From positions 8,470 to 72,469 of the forward strand of contig CAJJRZ010000006.1 in NCBI GenBank assembly GCA_905194345.1: a stretch of 64,000 nucleotides of DNA, in the 5' to 3' direction. The notes under the pieces are model-generated. The model searched no databases, was not told the DNA's origin, and was given only the letters and a program-made list of their open reading frames with translations. This DNA comes from Coriobacteriaceae bacterium (GTDB taxonomy: Bacteria; Actinomycetota; Coriobacteriia; Coriobacteriales; Coriobacteriaceae). The stretch's first letter is position 1; each line of letters starts with the position of its first letter. This document shows, in pieces, positions 1 to 8,681 of this stretch. The translations under genes were made by a program, and so were the position numbers.

Positions 1-1
1 C

Positions 2-676
2 TGCTCCGTCTCCAATAGCAAGGATGTTTTGCTCGGGACATTCGTGAATCGTACGTTTTAGATTCGCAACGCCGGTGGCGGTATAGCAGGGGATCCCGAG
101 TCGGTTGCAAAGAGCGTCGTAGAATTGATAGCCAGATTTGCTATCCTCGACAACTACGGCGTCGGGTACCTCGAATCCAACATTTAGATCCTGATACAGC
201 ATACTTGCCGTGTGGTCATATAGCGGCTTGGTCACCGAGTAGAAGCGCCTGTCGCTCTTGCGGCCATTGATTGTTTTACTTGTCGTGTTGACTAGCTTCA
301 GGATCTCATCAACGCTGTAGGGGAGCTCGTTGGCATCGCGACGAGATATCAGAACAAAATAGTTGGACGAGCCGTTGACGGCTTTGGCGAAGTCCTTTGA
401 GTAGATAAACTCGTTACCCTCATCTAGAAAGACGATTGAATCTTCGATGATCGATAGCTCGCGCTCCCAGCGTCTGCCGGAAAGCGTTTCGCAAGGCACG
501 TCGCAACTGAGTGCAACGCCGCTTTCCGGTCCTCGGTCGTTGTAGTCGCGAATCATCGAGATGAGCGTCGTTTTACCCGTGCCGCTGTTGCCGCGTATAA
601 AGGAAATATTGCGCTTAAACGTGAGTGTGTATTTGACCTTTGCACGCTCTACGACAACGGTATGCGTTCCCTTCAT
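2..676 (-). CDS. P-loop ATPase with C-terminal TOPRIM-like domain (3' end runs off the window)
   Basis: Not in the ORF track because it has no stop in the window. Hand translation: MKGTHTVVVERAKVKYTLTFKRNISFIRGNSGTGKTTLISM...IVFLDEGNEF...FVLISR...AVVVEDSKSGYQF...ATGVANL...ILAIGDGA. Walker A GNSGTGKT, Walker B VFLDE. ATG overlaps the upstream TAA (TAATG at 674-678). Confidence 0.85.
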   Translation of the reverse strand, partial: MKGTHTVVVERAKVKYTLTFKRNISFIRGNSGTGKTTLISMIRDYNDRGPESGVALSCDVPCETLSGRRWERELSIIEDSIVFLDEGNEFIYSKDFAKAVNGSSNYFVLISRRDANELPYSVDEILKLVNTTSKTINGRKSDRRFYSVTKPLYDHTASMLYQDLNVGFEVPDAVVVEDSKSGYQFYDALCNRLGIPCYTATGVANLKRTIHECPEQNILAIGDGA

Positions 677-1125
677 TACTCATCAACATCCAAAAAGTCA
701 TTCGTGGCGCCGACAAACTCCTGCATGTTTCTGACGATGCGGCCATCGTTTTCAATGCGGATTTCAAAGCTCTTCCAGGGGAATTTCATGATGTGGTATA
801 AGGTCACCATCACATCCTGCTCTTTGCCGATCTTGAGTAGCCAGCGGGCACAGTTGTCTCCGCAGGTGGATGCGTTGAACACCATATTTGGGAGATTGCG
901 CACCAGCAGCAGCGTCTTAACGCCGCCGGACAGTTCGAGTGGGGTGATCGAGCCCAGCTGTTTGCTTACGATGTTGTGGGGACCGATGAGCTCTGATCCG
1001 TCCACGCTTTTAATAATCTGTGCGGCCATAGGGTCTTCGAACCATGAGTCCAAGTATGAGTTCCTAAAATAGGTTTCGGTATCGTAGATGGAACCGGGGT
1101 AATCCCCCAGATGGATGCTTAACAT
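676..1125 (-). CDS. DUF4869-like protein carrying an ABC-signature-like LSGG motif
   Basis: MLSIHLGDYPGSIYDTETYF...DPMAAQIIKSVDGSE...LSGGVKTLLL...FNASTCGDNCARWLL resembles DUF4869 as I recall it. GGAG RBS upstream of ATG 1125. Confidence 0.75.
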   Translation of the reverse strand: MLSIHLGDYPGSIYDTETYFRNSYLDSWFEDPMAAQIIKSVDGSELIGPHNIVSKQLGSITPLELSGGVKTLLLVRNLPNMVFNASTCGDNCARWLLKIGKEQDVMVTLYHIMKFPWKSFEIRIENDGRIVRNMQEFVGATNDFLDVDE

Positions 1126-1174
1126 GCGCGTCTCCAGACGTTGTGTGACTGCAATGATTATATGCCAGTAATAA

Positions 1175-1210
1175 AGTGCCGCCAGTAGCGAGGTTGCTGC
1201 TGGCGGCACT
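1175..1210 (-). terminator. Intrinsic terminator after aroQ
   Basis: Inverted repeat AGTGCCGCCAG...CTGGCGGCACT followed by TTATT on the minus strand. Confidence 0.65.
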
Positions 1211-1255
1211 GGCATTATTAGCGTGTGAATCGCGTTGATGGATTTGCTCGCGAGG

Positions 1256-1693
1256 CTACTTTTCGAGACGTTCCCTCAGCAGCTCCAGCGCGTGGGCGTA
1301 GCCTTGGAGGCCTTCGCCGGTGATGGTGGCGAAGCAGGCCAGGCGTGCATAGCTCACCTGGCGGAAGTCCTCGCGTGTCTCTACGGCGCTGATGTGGACC
1401 TCCACAGCCGGGATGGCGACGGCCTTGAGGGCATCGAGGATCGCCACGCTCGTATGCGTATAAGCGGCCGGGTTGATGACGATGCCGTCGACCTTGCCGT
1501 AGGCCTCCTGGATCTTGTCGACGATGCTGCCCTCGTGGTTAGACTGGAAGACCTCGATCTCGTCGAAGCCCTGTGCGGCACCTGCCTCCTGGCAGATCTG
1601 CACTAAGCGGTCGTAGTTGTCGCTGCCATAGATGCCCGGCTCGCGAATGCCGAGCATGTTGAGGTTGGGGCCGTTGATGACGAGTGCTTTCAT
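1256..1693 (-). CDS. aroQ: Type II 3-dehydroquinate dehydratase
   Basis: MKALVINGPNLNMLGIREPGIYG, QSNHEG, INPAAYTHTS and EVHIS motifs; start at ATG 1693. Confidence 0.97.
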   Translation of the reverse strand: MKALVINGPNLNMLGIREPGIYGSDNYDRLVQICQEAGAAQGFDEIEVFQSNHEGSIVDKIQEAYGKVDGIVINPAAYTHTSVAILDALKAVAIPAVEVHISAVETREDFRQVSYARLACFATITGEGLQGYAHALELLRERLEK

Positions 1694-1714
1694 GGTTGCT
1701 TCCTTTGCGATTGG

Positions 1715-1755
1715 AAAACCACCACAAAGGCGCCTGTCCCCTTTGTGGTGGTTTT
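1715..1755. terminator. Hairpin with A/T tracts between aroE/K and aroQ
   Basis: AAAACCACCACAAAGG-N9-CCTTTGTGGTGGTTTT perfect inverted repeat. Confidence 0.6.
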
Positions 1756-1757
1756 GG

Positions 1758-3008
1758 TTAGAGAGCGGGTGGGAGGGTGTCGAGGAGGGCTTGGGCGGTG
1801 TTGGCGGCGCAGTCGCGTGAGTCGATGATGTAGTCGGCCCAGGAGCGGTAGCGCGGCATGCGCTGCTCGGCGAGCTTGTCGATGCCATCGCGCGCCGTGA
1901 TGGGGCGGCCCTTGTGGGCGAGCTCGTCGAGCTTGCGGTTGAGCATCACGATCTGGCTGTTCTGGTGCAGCAGCGGGTAGTTCTCGTCGCGCGTGACCAC
2001 GCCGCCGCCGGTGGAAAGCACCAGGCCGCTGCGCTTGGAGATGTCGGCCAGCGCCGCCGTCTCCTGTTCGCGGAACGCCGCCTCGCCGCGCTCGACGATA
2101 AAGTCGGCGCAGGGCATGCCCAGGCGCTCCTCGAGGGCGCGATCCAGATCGATGTGCTCTCGCCCCGTGAGCAGGGCAATCTGCTCGCCCACACGGGTCT
2201 TGCCCGAGCCCGGCATGCCGATCAGCGCGATGTTCTGTTCGCGGCGTGACAGGCGCTCCGTTACGTCCAGAATGCGCTCGCGCGGAGTGACCTGGCCGGT
2301 GTAGCGCTCAACGGCTTGCGCCGCCTGGGCCACGAGCATGAGCAGACCGCCGATGCAGGGGATGTCGCGGCGCTCGGCCTCGAGCATGAGTCCCGTGCGA
2401 GCGGGGTTGTAGACAATGTCGATAACGCCCTCGAGCGCATTGAGCCCCTCGAGTGTGCAGGGGGCGTCGGGACAGTGGGGGAACATGCCGGCGGGCGTGC
2501 AGTTGACGAGCAGTGCGGCGTCGGACTGCTGCGCGATGTTGTCGTAGTTGACTTCGCTCGTGCGGCCGACCGGCACGACGATGGCGCCCAGGTCGCCGAG
2601 CACCATGCTGGCAGTGGTGCCGGCGCCGCCGGTGGCTCCGAGCACGAGGACCTTCTTGCCGGCAATCTCCACACCCAGCTCCTCGACCAGGCACTGGAAG
2701 CCGAAGTAGTCGGTGTTGTCGCCGCGCAGACGGCCGTTGGCTAGGCGTGTGATGGTATTGACGTTGCCCATGCGTTCGGCGAGCGGGCTTAGCTCGTCCA
2801 GGTAGTCCATGACGGCGCGCTTGTAGGGAATGGTCACGTTGGTGCCCTCCCACTCATCGCCGGTCATAAAGGCCTCAAGATCCTCGGGCTCGCGCTCAAA
2901 ACGCACGTACTCAAGCCCCGCGAGCTCCTTATAGATGGTCGGGGTGTAGCTGTGGCCCAGCACGCGGCCCAGCACGCCGTAGGGGCGGGTTGTGGCGACG
3001 TCAGTCAT
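1758..3008 (-). CDS. aroE: Fused shikimate dehydrogenase / shikimate kinase (AroE-AroK)
   Basis: N-terminal HSYTP, NVTIPYK, NTD and GATGGAG motifs (AroE). C-terminal IALIGMPGSGKT, GEAAFREQE and STGGG motifs (AroK). Confidence 0.93.
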   Translation of the reverse strand: MTDVATTRPYGVLGRVLGHSYTPTIYKELAGLEYVRFEREPEDLEAFMTGDEWEGTNVTIPYKRAVMDYLDELSPLAERMGNVNTITRLANGRLRGDNTDYFGFQCLVEELGVEIAGKKVLVLGATGGAGTTASMVLGDLGAIVVPVGRTSEVNYDNIAQQSDAALLVNCTPAGMFPHCPDAPCTLEGLNALEGVIDIVYNPARTGLMLEAERRDIPCIGGLLMLVAQAAQAVERYTGQVTPRERILDVTERLSRREQNIALIGMPGSGKTRVGEQIALLTGREHIDLDRALEERLGMPCADFIVERGEAAFREQETAALADISKRSGLVLSTGGGVVTRDENYPLLHQNSQIVMLNRKLDELAHKGRPITARDGIDKLAEQRMPRYRSWADYIIDSRDCAANTAQALLDTLPPAL

Positions 3009-4154
3009 CTAGAGCACCTCCGTGTAGCTGCCAAAGTAGGTGAAGCTCTCGCACACGTCGTCAATCGAGTCGAGCAGGTCGTCGAGGGCTTTGCTGCCAA
3101 AGGGACAGTCCAGATCGAAGTAGAACATAAACTCAAAGTCGCGCCCGGGGATGGGGCGGCTCTCGAGCTTGATAAGGTTGATGTTGAGCGCATAGAAGCG
3201 CTCGAGCACGCGGTAGAGGGCGCCCGGCTCGTTGGCCGTGGTGATCATGAGCGAAGTACGGTTGGCGCCGGGGTAGACACGGGGCTCGCGACTGATGACG
3301 ACGAAGCGCGTGTAGTTGTTGTCCGAGTCCTGAATGTTGGGCTCCAGCACCTCCAGGCCGTAGAGCGTCGCGCAACTGCGCGAGGCGATGGCGGCGACGT
3401 CGGTGCGCTCGGAGTTGGCGACCATCTCGGCCGACATAGCCGTGTTGAGATACTTGGTGGCGTGCAGGCCGTGCGCATCGATAAAGCCGGCGCATTGCGC
3501 GATGGCCTGACCGTGGCTGTAGACCTCACGAACATCCTGCAGCTTGGTGCCGGGTTTGACGAGCAGGTTGTGATCGATCTTGAGGCGCAGCGAGCGCACG
3601 ATGTGGAAGTCGAACTGCGCGAGCAGGTCGTAGACGGCGTTGACCGAGCCTGCGGTGGAGTTTTCGATGGGCAGTACGCCAAACTCGCAGAATCCGTCGC
3701 GCACAGCGCGCATGACACCTTCGAAGGTCTCGAAGAATGCGATATCGGGCACGTCGAAGAGCTTGCACGCGGCGATCTGGCTGTAGGCGCCCTCAACGCC
3801 CTGGCAGGCGACGCTGGCAGTCTGGGGGAAGGGCGTATCGAAGGCTTCGGCAGTGGCATGGGCCTTTTGCGAGACCGTGATGCCCTTAAGTTCGTTGATA
3901 TAGCGCTGCTGCTCGGCCTTGCTCATGCTCATGAGGAGGCGGAACAGCGTGATGGTCTGCGCCTCGTAGCGCTCGGGCGCGCGGCCGGCAAGGTTGTTGA
4001 GTTTGGAGCGCTCGCGGGCGGGGTCGAAGACGGCCTTGCCCATCTCGATTTTTGACTTGGCGACCTCGGTGGCAATGTCCATGCGTTCGACAAAACTGTT
4101 GAGGAGCGTGGTGTCGATGCCATCGATGGTCTGGCGGATGTCAGCAAGGTCCAT
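3009..4154 (-). CDS. pheA: Chorismate mutase / prephenate dehydratase
   Basis: N-terminal chorismate mutase domain, QGVEGAYS, PIENST, NYTRF and ACT-domain LESRP motifs. Confidence 0.95.
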   Translation of the reverse strand: MDLADIRQTIDGIDTTLLNSFVERMDIATEVAKSKIEMGKAVFDPARERSKLNNLAGRAPERYEAQTITLFRLLMSMSKAEQQRYINELKGITVSQKAHATAEAFDTPFPQTASVACQGVEGAYSQIAACKLFDVPDIAFFETFEGVMRAVRDGFCEFGVLPIENSTAGSVNAVYDLLAQFDFHIVRSLRLKIDHNLLVKPGTKLQDVREVYSHGQAIAQCAGFIDAHGLHATKYLNTAMSAEMVANSERTDVAAIASRSCATLYGLEVLEPNIQDSDNNYTRFVVISREPRVYPGANRTSLMITTANEPGALYRVLERFYALNINLIKLESRPIPGRDFEFMFYFDLDCPFGSKALDDLLDSIDDVCESFTYFGSYTEVL

Positions 4155-4208
4155 TGGGACCCCTTTCACTGGGTGGGCGTGGGGGCCGGAGTTGGTCCCC
4201 GGAGATTT

Positions 4209-5306
4209 TTAGCGCTGGGCGGCGTCTTCTAGGAGGGCATCCCAGATGGCCAGCGCTGCGGCTGCTTCGGCTACGGGGACGGCGCGCGGGACGATGCAGG
4301 GGTCGTGGCGGCCGTGGACCGAGAGCTCGGCATTTTCCATGGCGTCCATGTCCACCGTCCGCTGCTCGCGGCCAATGGAGGGCGTGGGTTTTACGGCCAT
4401 GCGCCACATGACGGGTGCGCCAGTCGAAATGCCGCCCAGAATGCCGCCGGCATTATTGGACTCGACCTCGATCTTGCCGGTCTCGGCGTCGATGCGATAC
4501 GGATCGTTGTTCTCGCTGCCGCGCATGGCCGCGACGGCAAAGCCCATGCCAAACTCCACGCCCTTCACGGCGGGAATCCCAAACGCGATCTGCGCGATGC
4601 GGTTCTCGATGCCGTCGAACATGGGGTCGCCGATGCCCGCGGGCAGGCCGTAGATACCGCATTCCACGATGCCGCCGATGCTGTCGAGCTCGTCGCGCGC
4701 GGCCAGAATCTCCCCGCGCATGCGACCGCCAGCTGCGGCGTCAATGCACGGTAGGTCGTTCGAAAGAATCGCCTTGCGGTCGGCCTCGCGGTAGACCATG
4801 TCGTCCATGGGCAGATCGGAGATGCCACCGATTTGCGCCACATGCGCCATGACCTTAATGCCGCGGGCCTCGAGCGCCTGCAGCGCGATGCCGCCCGCGA
4901 TGCATAGGGGCGCCGTCAGGCGGCCGGAGAAGTGTCCGCCGCCGGCGACGTCGTGCATGTTGTGGTACTTCACGCGTGCCGGGAAATCCGCATGGCCCGG
5001 GCGGGGCTTGCGGCGCAGCTCGGAGTAGTCCTTGGAGCGCGTGTTGGTGTTCTCGATGATTGTGGCGATAGGCGCGCCCGTGGTGTGTCCATCGACCACG
5101 CCGGCGATGATGTGCGCGGCGTCGGCCTCGCGGCGCTTGGTCGCGGTCTCGTCACGGCCGGGGGCGCGACGGTCCAAAAAGGCCTGCAACCGCTCCAGGT
5201 CAACAGCGATACCTGCCGGAATGCCATCGAGCGAGCAGCCGATGGCGGGGGAGTGCGACTGGCCGAAGATGCTTACGTGCAAGACGTTGCCAAAGGTCGA
5301 GGACAT
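4209..5306 (-). CDS. aroC: Chorismate synthase
   Basis: FGQSH, RPGHAD, GGGHFSGRLT, KPTPSI and GRHDPC motifs. Confidence 0.97.
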   Translation of the reverse strand: MSSTFGNVLHVSIFGQSHSPAIGCSLDGIPAGIAVDLERLQAFLDRRAPGRDETATKRREADAAHIIAGVVDGHTTGAPIATIIENTNTRSKDYSELRRKPRPGHADFPARVKYHNMHDVAGGGHFSGRLTAPLCIAGGIALQALEARGIKVMAHVAQIGGISDLPMDDMVYREADRKAILSNDLPCIDAAAGGRMRGEILAARDELDSIGGIVECGIYGLPAGIGDPMFDGIENRIAQIAFGIPAVKGVEFGMGFAVAAMRGSENNDPYRIDAETGKIEVESNNAGGILGGISTGAPVMWRMAVKPTPSIGREQRTVDMDAMENAELSVHGRHDPCIVPRAVPVAEAAAALAIWDALLEDAAQR

Positions 5307-5307
5307 G

Positions 5308-6627
5308 CTATTCCTCCTCGAGCGTGACCTTGCCGCCCAACAGGCGGTAGTGGTCGAAGAAATCGGGATAAGACTTGTTGACGGCCTCGGCGCCGTGAAT
5401 CACGACCTCGCCGGCGGCGCGGCTTGCGGCGATAGCGGCCATCATGGCGATGCGGTGGTCGTTGTGCGAATCGACCTCGCCGCCGGTAAAGGCATCGACG
5501 CCCTTGATGATGAGGTCGTCACCGGCGATGCGCACCTGCGCGCCCAGCGCGGTGAGCTCGCGGGTGGTGGTGGCCAGACGGTCAGATTCCTTGATGCGCA
5601 GGCGCGCGCAGTCACGGATGAACGTGCGGCCCTGAGCCAGCGATGCCACGGCCGAGATGACGGGCACCAGGTCCGGAATGTCGTGGGCGCTCATCTCAAA
5701 GCCGGCGAGCTTGTCGGACTGGACGGTCGCGGCGTTCGTGGAGCGCACAATGCGGGCGCCAAAGCGCGAAAGCGCGGCGAGCACGTTGCGGTCACCCTGT
5801 GCGGAGCTCAGCGACACGCCCTCGACGGTGATGGGGTCGGTACCGATGGCACCGGCGCACAGCCAAAAGGCGGCGTTGGACCAGTCGCCCTCGACGGCTA
5901 CGCTGCCGGGCGTGCGGTACGAGCCGCTGTTCACGCGGAAGTTCGTGACCTCGGGCTTGCCGTCCTTGGCCGGAATGCGCTCGACGTTGACCTCGACGCC
6001 GAAGGCCTTCATGGCCTGGATGGTCAGGTTGATATAGGGGCGGCTTTCGATGAGGCCGGTCACCTGCACGCAGGAGGGCTGAGCCAAAAGCGGGGCCGCC
6101 AGCAGCAGGCCGGAGATATACTGCGAGCTTACGTTGCCCGGAAGCTCAAAGGTGCCCGGGCGCATGCGGCCGCTCGTCTTGAGCGGAAAACCGCCTAGGC
6201 CCTGCAGGTCGCAACCGGCGGCAATGATCTCGCTCGAGAGCGGGGAGAGCGGGCGGGCGCCCAGGCGGCCCTGGCCCACGAAGGTTGCCTCCGCGCCCAG
6301 CGCACACGCGACAGGCAGCATGAAGCGCAGCGTGGAGCCGCTTTCACCGCAGTCGAGCGTGCCGCCGGCAAGGGCCTTGAGCAGGCCAAATTCAACGCTC
6401 TTCATGGTGGGGTGGACCTGGAAGCCGTCCTCGACGGTCTCGATGCGGGCGCCGAGCGCCGTAAGGCAGCGCACCGTGGCCTCGATGTCGGCGCAGGTCG
6501 TGTTGCAGGTCACGTGCGTCTCGCCGTTGGCAAGTGCGGCGCAGATGATGAGGCGATGCGCCATCGATTTGGACGCGATGGCGGGAACAGTGCCCTTGAG
6601 CGGGGACGGGGTGATGCGGGCTAACAT
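5308..6627 (-). CDS. aroA: EPSP synthase
   Basis: SKSMAHR, DCGESGSTLRF, SSQYISGLL, KESDR and DHRIAM motifs; start MLARITPS. Confidence 0.96.
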   Translation of the reverse strand: MLARITPSPLKGTVPAIASKSMAHRLIICAALANGETHVTCNTTCADIEATVRCLTALGARIETVEDGFQVHPTMKSVEFGLLKALAGGTLDCGESGSTLRFMLPVACALGAEATFVGQGRLGARPLSPLSSEIIAAGCDLQGLGGFPLKTSGRMRPGTFELPGNVSSQYISGLLLAAPLLAQPSCVQVTGLIESRPYINLTIQAMKAFGVEVNVERIPAKDGKPEVTNFRVNSGSYRTPGSVAVEGDWSNAAFWLCAGAIGTDPITVEGVSLSSAQGDRNVLAALSRFGARIVRSTNAATVQSDKLAGFEMSAHDIPDLVPVISAVASLAQGRTFIRDCARLRIKESDRLATTTRELTALGAQVRIAGDDLIIKGVDAFTGGEVDSHNDHRIAMMAAIAASRAAGEVVIHGAEAVNKSYPDFFDHYRLLGGKVTLEEE

Positions 6628-7727
6628 GCGGAAACGTCTCCCTTCTGGCCGAGGCCCTCGGCAATTAAATCGTGGAAGGTGGAAAGCGGCGTGCGGTCGA
6701 TGCTGCAACGGCCAATGTCGTGCGGAATTACCAGGTCGATGGTGTCGCCCGCGCGCTTTTTGTCGTGGAGCGCCTCGGCAAAGACGGCATCGGCATCTAG
6801 CTCGCAGCGGGTCTTGAGGCCGTGGCGAGCGCAGAGCTCCTCAATACGATCGGGCAGCTCGGCGTCGCAAATGCCATGCAGGGCTGCGGCGCGCGTGATG
6901 ATGCCCATGCCAATCGACACGCAGTTGCCGTGGCCGAGCTCAAAGTGCTCGCAGGCCTCGACGGCGTGCCCGGCGCTGTGGCCAAAGTTGAGGAGCTTGC
7001 GCTGATTGGTTTCGCGCTCGTCGGCAACGACCACGGCGCGCTTGATGTCGATATTGCGGGCGATGATGAGCGCCACACGGGCCACGTCGCGGTTGAGCAG
7101 CTCAAGCGTGAGCGGTGTCTTCTCCAGCTCGGCGAAGAGCTCGGGGTCGGCGATCACGGCGTGCTTGATGACCTCGCCGCAGCCGTCGGCGAACTGCTCG
7201 GGCGTGAGGGTGGCAAGGCATCCCACGTCGGCGATAACCACGCTCGGCTGCCAAAAGGCGCCGGCCAGGTTCTTACCGGCTGCCAGGTCGATGGCCGTTT
7301 TGCCGCCGACCGACGAATCCACCATGGCGAGCAGGCTTGTGGGAATCTGCACAAACTTGCAGCCGCGCATGTAGGTGGCGGCCACAAAGCCCGCCACGTC
7401 GCCCACGACGCCGCCGCCGAGCGCCACGATCACGTCGGAGCGCGAAAGCTCGTGTTCGGCCACAAACTCCAAAATGGCAACATAGGTTTCGGCACGCTTA
7501 TGGGCCTCGCCGGCCTCGAAAGTGCAGATGCTCACCTCGTAGCCTGCGGATTCGAGGCTCTGATTAACGGGCATCTGATAGAGCGGGCCCACGTTGGTGT
7601 CCGTCACGATGACGGCGCGGGTGCCGCCGGCGGTGGCGCGTACGAGCGGACCTGCCTGCTCCAGCAAAAACGTGCCCACATGCACCTGGTAGGGGCGTGC
7701 AGTGTCGATATCGATAGTAATCGCCAT
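6621..7727 (-). CDS. aroB: 3-dehydroquinate synthase
   Basis: GGGVVGD, PTSLLAMVDSSVGGKT, KNLAGAF and LNFGH motifs. Confidence 0.97.
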   Translation of the reverse strand: MAITIDIDTARPYQVHVGTFLLEQAGPLVRATAGGTRAVIVTDTNVGPLYQMPVNQSLESAGYEVSICTFEAGEAHKRAETYVAILEFVAEHELSRSDVIVALGGGVVGDVAGFVAATYMRGCKFVQIPTSLLAMVDSSVGGKTAIDLAAGKNLAGAFWQPSVVIADVGCLATLTPEQFADGCGEVIKHAVIADPELFAELEKTPLTLELLNRDVARVALIIARNIDIKRAVVVADERETNQRKLLNFGHSAGHAVEACEHFELGHGNCVSIGMGIITRAAALHGICDAELPDRIEELCARHGLKTRCELDADAVFAEALHDKKRAGDTIDLVIPHDIGRCSIDRTPLSTFHDLIAEGLGQKGDVSAC

Positions 7728-7763
7728 AAGCTTCGGTCCTTTCGACCTGGCGTGATGGGTGGT

Positions 7764-8678
7764 CTAGTGGGAGGCCTCGTCGTCGAGCGCGCGCTTAATG
7801 CGGTCGCCCTCGGCAAGGAGATTCTCCAGATAGCGCTGGTCGCGGTCCTTAAGGGCGCGGCTGTAGGCGCCGAGCGATTCGATCAGATGGTCGATCTCGA
7901 AGGCGAGCGCATCGGCGTCGTCGATCATGAGCTCGGACCACATCTGCGGATTGAGGTGTGCCACGCGGGTGAGGTCGCGGTAGCTGCCGGCCGAAAAGCC
8001 GTGGTGTACCTGAGCGGTCGGGCTCTTAACGTAGGCGTTGGAGACGACGTGCGCGAGCTGGCTCGTAAAGGCGATGACGCGGTCGTGCTCGGCGGCACTC
8101 GTTACGCTGAACTTGCCAAAGCCTAAGGGACGTACCATCTCGCGCACCTGGCCCAAAAGCTCCAGCTTTAGTGCGTCGTCCGCTGCGGGCGGTACAAGCA
8201 CGAGCGGTGCGTCCTGGAACAGGTCGGCGCGGGAATGCGCGTAGCCCGAGAACTGCGTGCCTGCCATGGGATGCGCGCCCACAAAGTAAAAACCGTGCTC
8301 GCGGGCAAGCTCAAAGGCGCGCTCGCACACGATGCCCTTGACGCCCACGGTGTCGATCACCACGGGGCCCATGATGGCCTCGGTGTCGGTGGCGTCGGCG
8401 AGTGCCTGGGCGTGCGCCTCGAGCCACTCGATGCAGGCCTCGGGGTAGCATGCCAGGACGATGATGTCGCATTCACCGAGCGTCTCGTCGTTGAGCTCGC
8501 CGGCAACGGTGCCCATGCTGGCGGCCGTCATGACGTCGTCATCGGGGTCCCAGGCCAGCACGCGGACGCCCGCCTGCGCATAGCCGCGGGCAAAGCTGCC
8601 GCCGATGAGGCCCAGGCCCACGATGCCGGCGCACTTGGGGCCACCCTGGTTAACGCGTGCGTTTCTCACCGTACCCAT
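7764..8678 (-). CDS. tyrA: Prephenate dehydrogenase
   Basis: GLGLIGGS Rossmann motif, HPMAG, HD...SQLAH and SAGSYRDLTRVA. Confidence 0.93.
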   Translation of the reverse strand: MGTVRNARVNQGGPKCAGIVGLGLIGGSFARGYAQAGVRVLAWDPDDDVMTAASMGTVAGELNDETLGECDIIVLACYPEACIEWLEAHAQALADATDTEAIMGPVVIDTVGVKGIVCERAFELAREHGFYFVGAHPMAGTQFSGYAHSRADLFQDAPLVLVPPAADDALKLELLGQVREMVRPLGFGKFSVTSAAEHDRVIAFTSQLAHVVSNAYVKSPTAQVHHGFSAGSYRDLTRVAHLNPQMWSELMIDDADALAFEIDHLIESLGAYSRALKDRDQRYLENLLAEGDRIKRALDDEASH

Positions 8679-8681
8679 GGG

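Noticed and set aside
4155..4203. GGGACC/GGTCCC pairing next to the pheA RBS
   Set aside because: Only 6 bp in a very GC-rich spacer; not distinguishable from chance.
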